Origin: an uncultured virus (IMG/VR IMGVR_UViG_3300007171_000042) | Lineage: Duplodnaviria; Heunggongvirae; Uroviricota; Caudoviricetes | Direction: 5' to 3' (one strand) | DNA length: 64,000 nt | Virus record (IMG/VR): IMGVR_UViG_3300007171_000042 | Location: 1-64,000 of that record | Shown here: one piece after another, positions 50,102-59,361 of the stretch | How the letters are laid out: every line of letters starts with the position of its first letter | How positions within the stretch are numbered: position 1 is the stretch's first letter | Made by a program: the position numbers and the translations under genes | Notes under the pieces: model-generated | Database searches by the model: none | What the model was told of the DNA's origin: nothing | Seen by the model: only the letters and a program-made list of their open reading frames with translations

Positions 50102-51244
50102 TTATTTAAAGTATCTAGAAAAGAGATCGTCATTCGACTTTGCAGCTTTTCCTGATTTCTTGCTTTTGGTTTTGAGGTCGTTGAACAAAGAATTGGTTTC
50201 CTCTGTTACAGCTTTCCTCTTTACTGGAGTAAGATCTAAATCATTCTGAACTAGTCTAGCTACTGCTAAAAACTTAGAAGGATCTTCCTGACGCATCTTA
50301 GCTAACTTATATTCAAAGTCACTAATACGTTGTCCGTTTGGAAGAACGTGAGGCTTAGATAGAACAAAGTCAAACAACTCTGTAGCTGATTGCTCATTGA
50401 TGGGGTAACCTTCAATAGAACCTGAAGCAATTGCTCCATCTAAAACGTCAGCATACAACTGCTCTCTTTCTTCTTCTTTCTGTCTCATAGCCTGTACTCG
50501 AGCTTCACTTTCTTGTGCAAGTGCTGCTCTTTCCTGTTGCATCTTCTCTACCAATTTAACTTGGTATTTCTGTGCATAGGCTTCTAAGCGATCGTTGTCT
50601 CTAGCATAGTTCAACTGATCTTCGATTTCATCTTCATCCATTCCTGTCTTAGCCAAGTATAAGCGGAACACTCGTTCTTGGTTTCCTTCAGAGGACAAAT
50701 CTACATTCTCAACTACTTGTTCGTTTGAGAACATTTGTAAGTACTCTTGTACAGGAACTTTATTAATAAAGATGTCTTCGATCATCTGTACTCCTGCTTC
50801 TCCGTAAGTTTCTGTAGCAAGTTCTTCTAACTGACTCCAAGCTCTATCTTCGATAGTCTCGTTCATCTTAGCTAAAAATGTTTGCTCATTCCACTCAATC
50901 TCTTCTCCCTCTTCTACGTTAAGCATTCCTGCTTTAACAAGTCCTTTACCAAATACTTCGAAGTAGTTTTCTTCTTCTTCGTCGTCTCCTTCTAGGTCAA
51001 CTTCCTCTTCCTCTTCTTCCTCCTCTTCTTCATCATCAGGTGCAGGAGCTGGAGGAGTATCTTTAGGTTTAGGAATTGGGATCTCTTCTTCCTCTTCTTC
51101 AAGAGGATCAAAGTCTTCTCCGCCTAAAATATCAGGTTTGATATTGGCATTGGGATCTGGTGTAGGGGTATCCAAATCTAGTGGATCATCTACGGAAAAA
51201 CTGTCAAAGAACTCTAAGTTCTCCAATGGACTATTGGTTGTCAT
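50102..51244 (-). CDS. Acidic scaffold-like protein
   Basis: Poly-Glu/Asp/Pro N-terminal region and coiled coil, immediately upstream of MCP. Confidence 0.65.
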   Translation of the reverse strand: MTTNSPLENLEFFDSFSVDDPLDLDTPTPDPNANIKPDILGGEDFDPLEEEEEEIPIPKPKDTPPAPAPDDEEEEEEEEEEVDLEGDDEEEENYFEVFGKGLVKAGMLNVEEGEEIEWNEQTFLAKMNETIEDRAWSQLEELATETYGEAGVQMIEDIFINKVPVQEYLQMFSNEQVVENVDLSSEGNQERVFRLYLAKTGMDEDEIEDQLNYARDNDRLEAYAQKYQVKLVEKMQQERAALAQESEARVQAMRQKEEEREQLYADVLDGAIASGSIEGYPINEQSATELFDFVLSKPHVLPNGQRISDFEYKLAKMRQEDPSKFLAVARLVQNDLDLTPVKRKAVTEETNSLFNDLKTKSKKSGKAAKSNDDLFSRYFK

Positions 51245-51264
51245 AAGGTTAGTTTGGTTTAATT

Positions 51265-51294
51265 CAAAAGTAATATTTTAAAAAATTAACACAA
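51265..51294 (-). promoter_or_regulatory. Bacteroidota-type promoter for the capsid operon
   Basis: TTG (51292-51294), 19-nt spacer, TACTTTTG (51265-51272). Confidence 0.7.
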
Positions 51295-51334
51295 GAGATT
51301 AATTCACTAATGATACTATATGATTAATAAGTTA

Positions 51335-51371
51335 AAAATGGGGGATTTTTGGTTATTTTGTCCCCCATTTT
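51335..51371. terminator. Probable bidirectional terminator
   Basis: Perfect 11-bp inverted repeat aaaatggggga/tcccccatttt. Confidence 0.65.
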
Positions 51372-51391
51372 ACACCTATTTTTTAGTAAAT

Positions 51392-51427
51392 TTATTTCTT
51401 TTTAGTGCCGTTATCGTATTTATTTTT
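51392..51427 (-). pseudogene. Orphaned original 3' end of the portal gene (KNKYDNGTKKK*)
   Basis: Directly after the endonuclease stop: AAA AAT AAA TAC GAT AAC GGC ACT AAA AAG AAA TAA; parallels the current portal end RNKYSKE*. Confidence 0.55.
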
Positions 51428-52163
51428 ACAGTAATACATCTCTTAAGTAGGCAAATATTAGTCCGTGAGTTTGTTTTGCTTTCCTTTTACATACCCTTGT
51501 AATGTGGGTAGCATCTTTTATTTTACAATCTTTAGCAGCTGCTGAAGCAGATTTGTAAACTTTTATAACACTCCTATTAAAATCTAGTAGACATACAGGA
51601 ATAATGACTGCATTCACACGAGATTTAAGAAGGTTTGGATTATTTTTATTTAATTCCTTCATTTTCTCGGAATGTTTACGTCCGATTTCTACACGCTTTT
51701 CCTTTGATATATGTCCATATCCAAAACTTATAGTCTTGGTAGAATGCAAAGATTTCATAAGTAAAGAGTGTTCTTTACATTTCTTAGCCCATAACTCTGA
51801 GGTTTTAAGAGTCAAGTTTCTTTTGTCTATAGACTCCTTACTAAGTTTGTGGCCCCTATTGCCTTGACCTCCTAGGGCATGATTGCATAGATTACATGTT
51901 TTTCTATACTCTCGTATATAATGAATTTCTCTTTCATCTAGGTTTTCTAATGCGCACTGTTCCAATACATTTAAGATAGGTTTAAAATTATGAAGTTTAA
52001 GATTTCTTATCCAAGAATTTACATAAGTTAATTTTCCAACTGTTCTAGCTTCTTGGTGTAAGTGCTGAGCAAGTCTTTTTGACGGGGAGTTAATAGTCTG
52101 ACCCACATACCTAATTTGGTTAGTACGTGGATCAGACAATGTATAAATGTAACCTAGTTTCAC
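51426..52163 (-). mobile_element. Free-standing GIY-YIG homing endonuclease with NUMOD1-like C-terminal HTH
   Basis: GYIYTL...RYVGQT, RLAQH, REIHYI, CNHALGG; C-terminal YKSASAAAK...ITRVCK...HGLIF; GTG start overlaps portal TGA. Confidence 0.85.
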
Positions 52164-54601
52164 TCTTTAGAATACTTGTTACGATTAACTGTAGCTATCT
52201 TAAGTTTAGTATCTATGTCTTTTTCTTTCAACGCTAGCTCTTTTTCTTTCAGACTTAACTCTTTATTCTTAGTTACTTTTTCAAAAGTTTGTTTGGAGAT
52301 ATCTTGAGCTATTTTAGTTTGTTGAATAAGAAGACCAGTAGTATCTACATCTGGATTGTAAGAACCTTCGTTAGCAATACCTTGAAGTTGAACTACTTGC
52401 AATCTATTCTCACGATCAAGTTGTTTGTTCATATCATCTCTTCTAGCTTCTTCTGCTTTCTGAGCAGCTTCCATCTGCATCTTCTGTTCAAACTGTGCTT
52501 GTTGTTGCTCCAACTGTTGTTGCTTAAGCGCTTGTTCTTGTTGACGGATGGCTTCCTTACGATTCTGTACATCTGCTAGAGTCTTACGTAAGCTTCTCTC
52601 AGAGTTAGCAGTAAACAAGTCTACCATCTCAGAAAGCTCTGCCCCATTCTGCATTGCAGGTTGAGCCAACTGCTTTAACTGTTCTAAGGTTACTTTGTCT
52701 TCTGCATAAGAAGAAACAAATACAAATAACTCATGGAGTAATTCATTTTTAGACACTTGTAAGAATACAGTTTCTAGTTCATTATTTAAGTAATTTAAAG
52801 TAGATGTAGGTTTCTGTAACTCAATGTACTGAGCCATATCCAAGATAGTCTGATAAACTTTCTGTAAGATGTTATCGTGCCAAGCAAACCAAGTTTCTGT
52901 TTGAGCAAAGGATTGAATCAAAGCATTGTTAGCTGCTGTAGCAGTTTCTGATGCTTGTGCATTACCTAAACGTTGACGAGTAATACCTACCAACTCATAA
53001 GCCTCTAAGCGAAGCTGCTGTGCTAACTGAATACGTGCTTGGATTTCTTGAGAACGAGTAAGATCAATACGAGAGAATTGGTTAAACTGTACAGCTCCTC
53101 CTGTATTCTCAATAGAAGTATCAATCAAAAGAGTTCCTCTGTTCTTAGCATTCCAAAGCATTGTCTCAATAGGATCTTGAGAGTCTTTCTTAGGAACCAC
53201 TTTTAAGTCTCCCAAGAATACTACCCCAATCTCTTTCTCAAGCAACTCCCACAACTGGTTCATACAGATGTTGTAAAGAACTTGGTATGGCTTCAACAGA
53301 TCTAAAAGAGATTTACCTTGAGTATTTCTAGAAGTGTTAATGATTCCTACAATAGGTGCATTTTGAGTAAACTCTAAAGGCTCTACACATACGTAAATGT
53401 CTGCACCGATCTTAATACCTCTCCACCACTCATTAATCCAAATTTCTTCAAGAGAAACATCACCTAAGGTTTTATCCATCTTGTAGTCCTCAGATACAAA
53501 CATTTCTTGTTGGAATCCATCCTCATCTAAGTAAGTACGTTTAAAGATACGTTTCTTAGACTGCCAGTAAGCTGTAATTACGGTGTAGGCATGCTGAGAG
53601 TTGAATGAGAATACGTTGTGGTCAATACCTCCGTTAGCAAAGTCACCTACGTTCTCAAATGTCAACTGCCACAAAGGATCGTTAGGATCTGGCAGAGCAG
53701 GAGCCATTGGAGAGTATTCGTTATTACGAAGATTCTGCAGAGAACGATTCTTCAAGTGCTCTACTTCTTCTCCTGTAAGATTATAACGATCTACAATCTC
53801 TGTCATAGAAAGAACTTCAATCAAACCTAAAGCCCAACAATCAGAAGTATACTGAGCATTACGATTAGCTAAGTACCATACATTAGATGGGTTTTCTGTT
53901 TTGTAGTTAAACCCTAAGCGAGAATTATCAGGGTAAAAGTGATGGAACTCTTTACCAGTAACCAAGAAGTCTAAGAAAGACTGCTGAGACTTCTCTCTAA
54001 AGTTAAAGTGATACTTAAGAGCATTCAAAGTCTTATTACCCCACTCTTCTGCAACTGAAGTATAATCCAAAATTTTGTTTTGGATTTCTTGTTGCATTTG
54101 AGCTTCTTGCTCTGGATCTACAGGCTGACCTTCTAACTGAGCTTGTAACTTTTTTAGAAAGTGATCCTTAATCAGTTCTGTACGAAAGTCAATGGTTTCG
54201 TTTACTGCTTCATCATCTACTGCCTTAACCTTGTACTTGTGAGGACGGTTAATCAACTCTCCCTTCAATTGGTTGATGGGAGGGTTTACAATAGGATAGT
54301 GCTTTAAATGCTGAGGAACATCTGGATCTTGATCAGGAGTATCATTTAGATAGCTAATCAACTCCTGCATTTGAGGAACGTTTGTGTAGTCAGCAAAGTT
54401 AAACTCACCATTTAGCAAACGGTAGTTCTTCCTAAAGTTTATATTCTGCCTGTACTGTGCAAACGCAATGTTAGCAAAGTAATCCATGGTACCTTTGATC
54501 CATTGTTCTTTCTGCTTCTCACTTAAGCTAATAAATTGCTCAGGGTAGAAGTAGGCGTGATTGACTGGATCAGTGTACTCTTTAAGTGCTTCAATGATCA
54601 T
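52160..54601 (-). CDS. Portal protein
   Basis: 813 aa downstream of terminase; HYPIVNPPINQLKGE, WINEWWRGIKIG, SLLDLLKPYQVLYN, GITRQRLG motifs typical of crAss-like portals. Confidence 0.9.
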   Translation of the reverse strand: MIIEALKEYTDPVNHAYFYPEQFISLSEKQKEQWIKGTMDYFANIAFAQYRQNINFRKNYRLLNGEFNFADYTNVPQMQELISYLNDTPDQDPDVPQHLKHYPIVNPPINQLKGELINRPHKYKVKAVDDEAVNETIDFRTELIKDHFLKKLQAQLEGQPVDPEQEAQMQQEIQNKILDYTSVAEEWGNKTLNALKYHFNFREKSQQSFLDFLVTGKEFHHFYPDNSRLGFNYKTENPSNVWYLANRNAQYTSDCWALGLIEVLSMTEIVDRYNLTGEEVEHLKNRSLQNLRNNEYSPMAPALPDPNDPLWQLTFENVGDFANGGIDHNVFSFNSQHAYTVITAYWQSKKRIFKRTYLDEDGFQQEMFVSEDYKMDKTLGDVSLEEIWINEWWRGIKIGADIYVCVEPLEFTQNAPIVGIINTSRNTQGKSLLDLLKPYQVLYNICMNQLWELLEKEIGVVFLGDLKVVPKKDSQDPIETMLWNAKNRGTLLIDTSIENTGGAVQFNQFSRIDLTRSQEIQARIQLAQQLRLEAYELVGITRQRLGNAQASETATAANNALIQSFAQTETWFAWHDNILQKVYQTILDMAQYIELQKPTSTLNYLNNELETVFLQVSKNELLHELFVFVSSYAEDKVTLEQLKQLAQPAMQNGAELSEMVDLFTANSERSLRKTLADVQNRKEAIRQQEQALKQQQLEQQQAQFEQKMQMEAAQKAEEARRDDMNKQLDRENRLQVVQLQGIANEGSYNPDVDTTGLLIQQTKIAQDISKQTFEKVTKNKELSLKEKELALKEKDIDTKLKIATVNRNKYSKE

Positions 54602-54625
54602 TTTATTTTTATTTAGTTTTAGTTA

Positions 54626-56635
54626 TTAGTATCTAAAGGGAGAAGAGGTTGTACGGAATAAAGAGTTGCCTTTTCTTTCTCTAAAGTATGCATTAATTCT
54701 GTTGTCATCATTTGTATTAGAGATAATGACTTGAGTATTTAAAGACTTAGCCATAGCTAAAGTAAGGCCAAAAGAGATTACTCGGTCAACGTTTAACTTA
54801 GGAGTGAACTTAATTAATTCCTTAATCAAGACAGGGTCTAGAATCCTTGTTACACCTAAGCGTTCTTTTGTAATATTTCCTTCAGCGTCTCTCTCGACAT
54901 CTACTACTTCGGTAATGTACTCGATAATCAAAGACATTAGATAGCTCTTAATGTCCTTAGTCATGTGAATACCATAGTCACGGTTAACTGTAGAGTTAGG
55001 GTGAATATCATTCAAAAACTTAGGAGTTCTTTCAAGTACTCTAGGAGACTCATTCTTATCTACACAGTGTTGGATAAAACCGTAGTCCATGTTCTCGCAA
55101 AGAGTCTTAGCATTGTAGTACTTAAGAAGCATCTTAGTATTCTCATACCAAGTCTCAATTTTCTTAGGACGACCTGTGTAACAGGCTACTACCATATTCT
55201 GCCATCCCTCTCCGTTAAGGTTATGTACTCGTTTGTAGATATAAGTTGAACCCAAAGAAGTTGAGTAGTGTGCTTGAGATTGTTTATATGGGTCCGTTCC
55301 TGCTGTATAAAGCCCATAGGGAGCATCTGAGACAGGATATTCCCAAATCTGAATACAACCCTCAATATCGTCTGTTGGTTTAACTGGGAAGTTCGTAACA
55401 GCTTTTTTATCTGTAAACTTATGTCTTACAGATCCATCAGAAGTTATGTAGAGTTCTACGTTATCAGCAACAATCTCTTGAGCTGTTAACTTTTGTAGTT
55501 GTTCTTGAAGCAAGTCTACTGGGAAGATGTTTTGAGAAAGCTCTAAGAAACACTCCTCATGCGTGAGAGGATAGTACATTACTTCCTTAAGGTAAGTCTC
55601 AAGACCACTAGATTTTTTAATCTGTTCCCTAGACTTTAAGATAAGCTCTTTACCTTTTTCCTCATCTGCTACCCAGATCTTAATTAAGTCTAACTCTGAA
55701 GCCTCTTCTTTGCCTAAGTGCAGTCCTAAAGACTTTTCTTCTTTAGGAACTTTCAAAGACTTAGTTCCTGGAATAAATAGTCCATAACTTTTACCTGTTT
55801 CATTTGCTTCAACAGGAAGAAAATTATAAGCCTCGGGATTATTGAAAAGTTCTTCTAGGTCAGCAGCTTTACTCATATCTCCCGAAGTTCCGATCACAAA
55901 AGGAGAACAACGCCAACCATAAGGACTGTCAAAACACGGAGTAGTTGCCGCTAAACAACTAAGGATCTTTCCTTTTCCTCCTTCTTCCAAAAGAAAAGAA
56001 GAAAGAGTAAGACCTGCAGCTGCTTCCGTATTGTTGCCTTCGTCAAAGTTTCGTACGTGGAACTTAGACCACTCATTTCTAGCGTTAGTCTTTTTGTCTT
56101 TAAAACCTAAAGTAACCTGCTTCTTCCAGTCATCTTCGATACGAGGAAATCTAAAGTAGTCAGGTAAGTTTCTAAGACCTAAGTCTACGTAGTCTGTAAT
56201 TACTTTTAAGTCAGGTTGGTTAAGAGCTGAAATAAGATTATCCGATCCCTTCTGTGTGATAGCTTTGTGGGCCATATAAGAGGAAGTCAAAACTGACTTA
56301 GAGATACGACGAGATCCTACCATTACAACTCCTTTCTTTCCGTCCTCGTGATTCTCAGCTTTATGAATAGTTTCATCTACAGCCAAGTAAGTGTCCCACA
56401 GTTGAGGTTTGTCTAGCTTACGAACTTGACGCTTACCTATCATTGTATCTATGTAGATAGACCAGTAGTTTAAGTGCCAGTAAATAAAAGGAGAAAAATA
56501 AAATCCGTTAATAGTCACACCCTCAGTAATCTTCCTATCCTCGTTCTCCCAAAATGCAGTATACTCCTCTGAGTCTGTGTCAGGGAGATTCTTTACATTG
56601 ATTAGGAATTCAGGACTATTTAGATTAGGATACAT
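54626..56635 (-). CDS. terL: Terminase large subunit
   Basis: ATPase motifs VMVGSRRISKS and FLLEEGGK; nuclease motifs AGTDPY, LCEN, DRVISF; upstream of portal. Confidence 0.9.
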   Translation of the reverse strand: MYPNLNSPEFLINVKNLPDTDSEEYTAFWENEDRKITEGVTINGFYFSPFIYWHLNYWSIYIDTMIGKRQVRKLDKPQLWDTYLAVDETIHKAENHEDGKKGVVMVGSRRISKSVLTSSYMAHKAITQKGSDNLISALNQPDLKVITDYVDLGLRNLPDYFRFPRIEDDWKKQVTLGFKDKKTNARNEWSKFHVRNFDEGNNTEAAAGLTLSSFLLEEGGKGKILSCLAATTPCFDSPYGWRCSPFVIGTSGDMSKAADLEELFNNPEAYNFLPVEANETGKSYGLFIPGTKSLKVPKEEKSLGLHLGKEEASELDLIKIWVADEEKGKELILKSREQIKKSSGLETYLKEVMYYPLTHEECFLELSQNIFPVDLLQEQLQKLTAQEIVADNVELYITSDGSVRHKFTDKKAVTNFPVKPTDDIEGCIQIWEYPVSDAPYGLYTAGTDPYKQSQAHYSTSLGSTYIYKRVHNLNGEGWQNMVVACYTGRPKKIETWYENTKMLLKYYNAKTLCENMDYGFIQHCVDKNESPRVLERTPKFLNDIHPNSTVNRDYGIHMTKDIKSYLMSLIIEYITEVVDVERDAEGNITKERLGVTRILDPVLIKELIKFTPKLNVDRVISFGLTLAMAKSLNTQVIISNTNDDNRINAYFRERKGNSLFRTTSSPFRY

Positions 56636-56637
56636 AA

Positions 56638-56955
56638 TTAACTAAATTGTTTCATCTTCCCATTGATCTCTTGAGATCCACGAGCTTCTGCTTTCTGTTC
56701 TTCTTTCTCTCTAAGACGATCTACTACTTCTAAAAGGGCTAAGTATTCTTTCATAGTATCTCTAAGAGATTTGATTTGTGATTCTTGACTAGCAATAACC
56801 ATAGGCATAGTTCCTCCTTTGGCTGTTGGTTTCCACTCAATACGATCCTTAAGACCATTGATAGGATTGTCATCAATATATGCTCTCCACTCAGTAAGCC
56901 GTTGTTCTGCCCACTCAAGTTCTGCGGAGATATAGGATTGTTTTTTACTTGCCAT
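56638..56955 (-). CDS. Possible terminase small subunit
   Basis: 105-aa helical protein directly upstream of terL with C-terminal ARG motif; function inferred from position only. Confidence 0.4.
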   Translation of the reverse strand: MASKKQSYISAELEWAEQRLTEWRAYIDDNPINGLKDRIEWKPTAKGGTMPMVIASQESQIKSLRDTMKEYLALLEVVDRLREKEEQKAEARGSQEINGKMKQFS

Positions 56956-57151
56956 TTGTGTACTTCTTTAGAAAGTCTGTTTGATTCATGTTCATGATAT
57001 CTTCTAGCACACGTGCGTAGAAGTCTTCATCTCTGCCTGTCTTACCGTATGAGTATCCTGCTTTCCAAAATATCTTAAATGTTTCAAATAAGTTATCCTG
57101 TAAGGTCTCATGTACATAAGGCTGACTGGTATTTGGTTGGTTGTCCATCAT
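56945..57151 (-). CDS. Hypothetical protein
   Basis: 68-aa ORF overlapping the next gene's start. Confidence 0.55.
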   Translation of the reverse strand: MMDNQPNTSQPYVHETLQDNLFETFKIFWKAGYSYGKTGRDEDFYARVLEDIMNMNQTDFLKKYTNGK

Positions 57152-57152
57152 C

Positions 57153-57284
57153 TTATTTTTTAGAAGAAACCTGTACTAAAGGTTTGTCTGCGGGAAGGAA
57201 GTATACTTGAACTCCACACTTGCTTCCAGGACGTTTGTCACATCCATTCTTAATTGTTAATTTAGTTAATTTTCGCTTTTCCAT
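57153..57284 (-). CDS. Small hypothetical protein (43 aa; below ORF-track cutoff)
   Basis: MEKRKLTKLTIKNGCDKRPGSKCGVQVYFLPADKPLVQVSSKK*; fills the operon gap, stop is 1 nt from the next ATG. Confidence 0.55.
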   Translation of the reverse strand: MEKRKLTKLTIKNGCDKRPGSKCGVQVYFLPADKPLVQVSSKK

Positions 57285-57640
57285 TTTAGTTCTATTTTAT
57301 GTAAAGGGTGTTCTGCGTTCCAAGTCTCTATTCCACAATTCGAAGATAGAGATGCTGTTTTGTAGGTACAGACGCATCCACAAAATGAACAGTGAAGGTC
57401 GTCTCTGTTAGTGCTGTAGTGCTTGCCCGTAAGTTGTAGATACTCGGGGGAAGATACTGCGTTTCTCGAATTGTAGGGACAAGAGATACAAATGTCCATT
57501 CTGTCTGCGATAATGTCCTGTTTTTCATTGCTCAGTAACTTAAACTGGTTGGCTGTCTTCGTTGCTACTCCCTCCAGTACTTTGTCTAGATTCTTTAACC
57601 CCTTCAGGCTCAGGGCCATGTACTCTTTGTAAGGATTCAT
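57266..57640 (-). CDS. Cys-rich zinc-finger-like protein (DUF6171-like)
   Basis: RMDICISCP...CSFCGCVCTYKT...C...KW pattern. Confidence 0.6.
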   Translation of the reverse strand: MNPYKEYMALSLKGLKNLDKVLEGVATKTANQFKLLSNEKQDIIADRMDICISCPYNSRNAVSSPEYLQLTGKHYSTNRDDLHCSFCGCVCTYKTASLSSNCGIETWNAEHPLHKIELKWKSEN

Positions 57641-58082
57641 ATAATTTCTTGTGGTTTTCTTTCATCTGATTTAAACTGTAGTCAAAAAGACTTACTTGAT
57701 TAGGTCTATAAAGTTTCTTAGCCTTTCCTCTCTCGTATCTCTCTTCAAACAATCTTATCCAGTCCTCTATCATGTAGTAGTTAGTGTATCCTCTGAGTGC
57801 TGTTAAGTCTTCTCTTGGCTCTAGTGTAAGCAAGGTTTCTGACTTAATCTTAGAGGCTACTAACTTAGATGCCTTTGCAGGATTAAATATTAATACTCCT
57901 AGACCAGATAATCTTACTTTTACAGTAGGTAACTCTTTAATCTCCTCAATGGTGTTCTTTAGGTACCACTCGTAGACAGTACTTACTTGGTCTATAGTCA
58001 TACCAAGTTCCTTAGCAACATCTGAGTACACTGCATAAGTCTTGATTTGAATACTATCGTACTTATCTTTTATTGAGGTCAT
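57540..58082 (-). CDS. IHF/HU-like DNA-binding protein
   Basis: DVAKELGMTIDQVSTVY...KVRLSGLGVLIF resembles the HU/IHF helix plus arm. Confidence 0.55.
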   Translation of the reverse strand: MTSIKDKYDSIQIKTYAVYSDVAKELGMTIDQVSTVYEWYLKNTIEEIKELPTVKVRLSGLGVLIFNPAKASKLVASKIKSETLLTLEPREDLTALRGYTNYYMIEDWIRLFEERYERGKAKKLYRPNQVSLFDYSLNQMKENHKKLYESLQRVHGPEPEGVKESRQSTGGSSNEDSQPV

Positions 58083-58426
58083 GCAGTTGCAACTTGTTTG
58101 TTTTCTTCAGAAACTAGAGTAGAAAGAACTAAAGTGAGAGTAACACCTTGCTTGCTAGTAGGACACAATCGTCTATTGACTGTATTCTTTTCTAAGATAC
58201 CCATCTTTCTTAGTTTAGTAATTCCGTTAGAAATTACTTGTATGGATGTGTTAAACTCACTAGAGATCTTTTCTTTTACTTCTTTGTCTAAAGTACCGTA
58301 GTATGAACTGTGGGCTAGGATACTGGTGTATAGATCTGATAATCTGTAACCTGCAAGTCTGAGTAGTACATCAATGTAGGCCTGATGCAACTTTACTCCT
58401 TCTTCATATTTACGTGCTACTTTCAT
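58079..58426 (-). CDS. Winged-helix DNA-binding protein (RepL-like)
   Basis: KEKISSEFNTSIQVISNGITKLRKMGILEK helix-turn-helix. Confidence 0.55.
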   Translation of the reverse strand: MKVARKYEEGVKLHQAYIDVLLRLAGYRLSDLYTSILAHSSYYGTLDKEVKEKISSEFNTSIQVISNGITKLRKMGILEKNTVNRRLCPTSKQGVTLTLVLSTLVSEENKQVATA

Positions 58427-58460
58427 TGTTTTTGGTTGGTTTGGTTTATTTTTCCTTAAA

Positions 58461-58490
58461 CAAATATACTATACTAACAAAAAAAGTCAA
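58461..58490 (-). promoter_or_regulatory. Bacteroidota-type promoter for the terminase operon
   Basis: TTG (58488-58490, within TTGAC), 19-nt spacer, TATATTTG (58461-58468). Confidence 0.7.
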
Positions 58491-58621
58491 GTTAAATGTT
58501 AAGTCTAGACAGTAGTGTAACATCTGATATTATACGTATTAGCTAGAATCTTAATCTAAATAATTATTTTAATTGAGGATAAGTATTACACCCCGACTAT
58601 GGACAAAAAATTATTTAAAAC

Positions 58622-58629
58622 TATATTTG
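58622..58629 (+). promoter_or_regulatory. Divergent Bacteroidota-type -7 element
   Basis: TATATTTG 18 nt upstream of the ATG at 58648. Confidence 0.6.
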
Positions 58630-58647
58630 TGTTAGAACAATACTACT

Positions 58648-58920
58648 ATGTCGATGGAAAAAATTAAAAAACCAACTTCCCAAGAAGTATTTGACATCTT
58701 CTTGTTGGCTTTGCAAGACGAAGACATAAAGCTTGCAGGAGACATAGGAGGATTTAAAGATGCCCTTTATCAGGGATTCAAGGATTTTACCTATAGAAAA
58801 AAGTATACGGAAGAGATGTTGTGGGAGTATATCGAATATGCTTTAGACTCTCTAATGGATACCGACAGTCCTATGCAACAAACTGATTATCTTACAGGTC
58901 AATCAGCTGCAGGACTATAA
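58648..58920 (+). CDS. Acidic hypothetical protein
   Basis: 90-aa ORF with its own promoter element, no overlap with minus-strand genes. Confidence 0.65.
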   Translation: MSMEKIKKPTSQEVFDIFLLALQDEDIKLAGDIGGFKDALYQGFKDFTYRKKYTEEMLWEYIEYALDSLMDTDSPMQQTDYLTGQSAAGL

Positions 58921-58933
58921 AATATTAACATTC

Positions 58934-59313
58934 AATCCACAGAGCAGACTGCTTACTCACAAACAACAGTATATTCGCATTTGACACCACTGCATAAGTG
59001 TTCGTAGGTGAGGATGAGATGGTAACCTGCTAGAAGTCGGATTGTGAGAGTAGCCCTTGAGGCGAAATTGGTTTTCTCCGATAGTGTCAAAATGTTCTAG
59101 TGAAATGTAAAGTACTCTGACCTACAACTAATAGACCGTAGGCAATAAGTGGACAGAACAGAGACTTAGCTTAATTTAAGCTATTTGGGCGTAAAAACGG
59201 CTTTACTATAATCTAAAACAGTAAGTAACATTGACAATCTTAGCCTGGAAGAATAGCCACCCTGAGAATAAATCAACGTACAAGAAATCTAAGACTGCAG
59301 TTTTGGAAGGATT
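58934..59313 (+). ncRNA. Candidate large structured non-coding RNA of unknown class
   Basis: No ORF of 60 aa or more; many nested helices, a 5'/3' closing stem, and G-U pairs consistent with the plus strand (details in findings). Confidence 0.55.
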
Positions 59314-59330
59314 ATTTTTATTTTTTAGTC

Positions 59331-59357
59331 TTGCCTTAATTAAAATTATTATATTTG
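59331..59357 (+). promoter_or_regulatory. Bacteroidota-type promoter (near-leaderless transcript)
   Basis: TTG (59331-59333), 16-nt spacer, TATATTTG (59350-59357); ATG only 4 nt further. Confidence 0.55.
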
Positions 59358-59361
59358 TACT

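Noticed and set aside
50965..51105. (tct/tcc)n low-complexity runs
   Set aside because: They simply encode the poly-Glu tracts of the scaffold-like protein
51426..52163. Endonuclease as part of a self-splicing intron in the portal gene
   Set aside because: The ORF abuts both portal pieces, leaving no room for a ribozyme core, and the portal has its own stop codon
59100..59170. Resemblance of ACAGAACAGAGACUUA and AAAGUACUCUG to RNase P P4 or the group I intron R element
   Set aside because: The two strands are only ~40 nt apart, the other conserved RNase P regions are absent or out of order, no convincing S element follows, and no interrupted gene flanks the region
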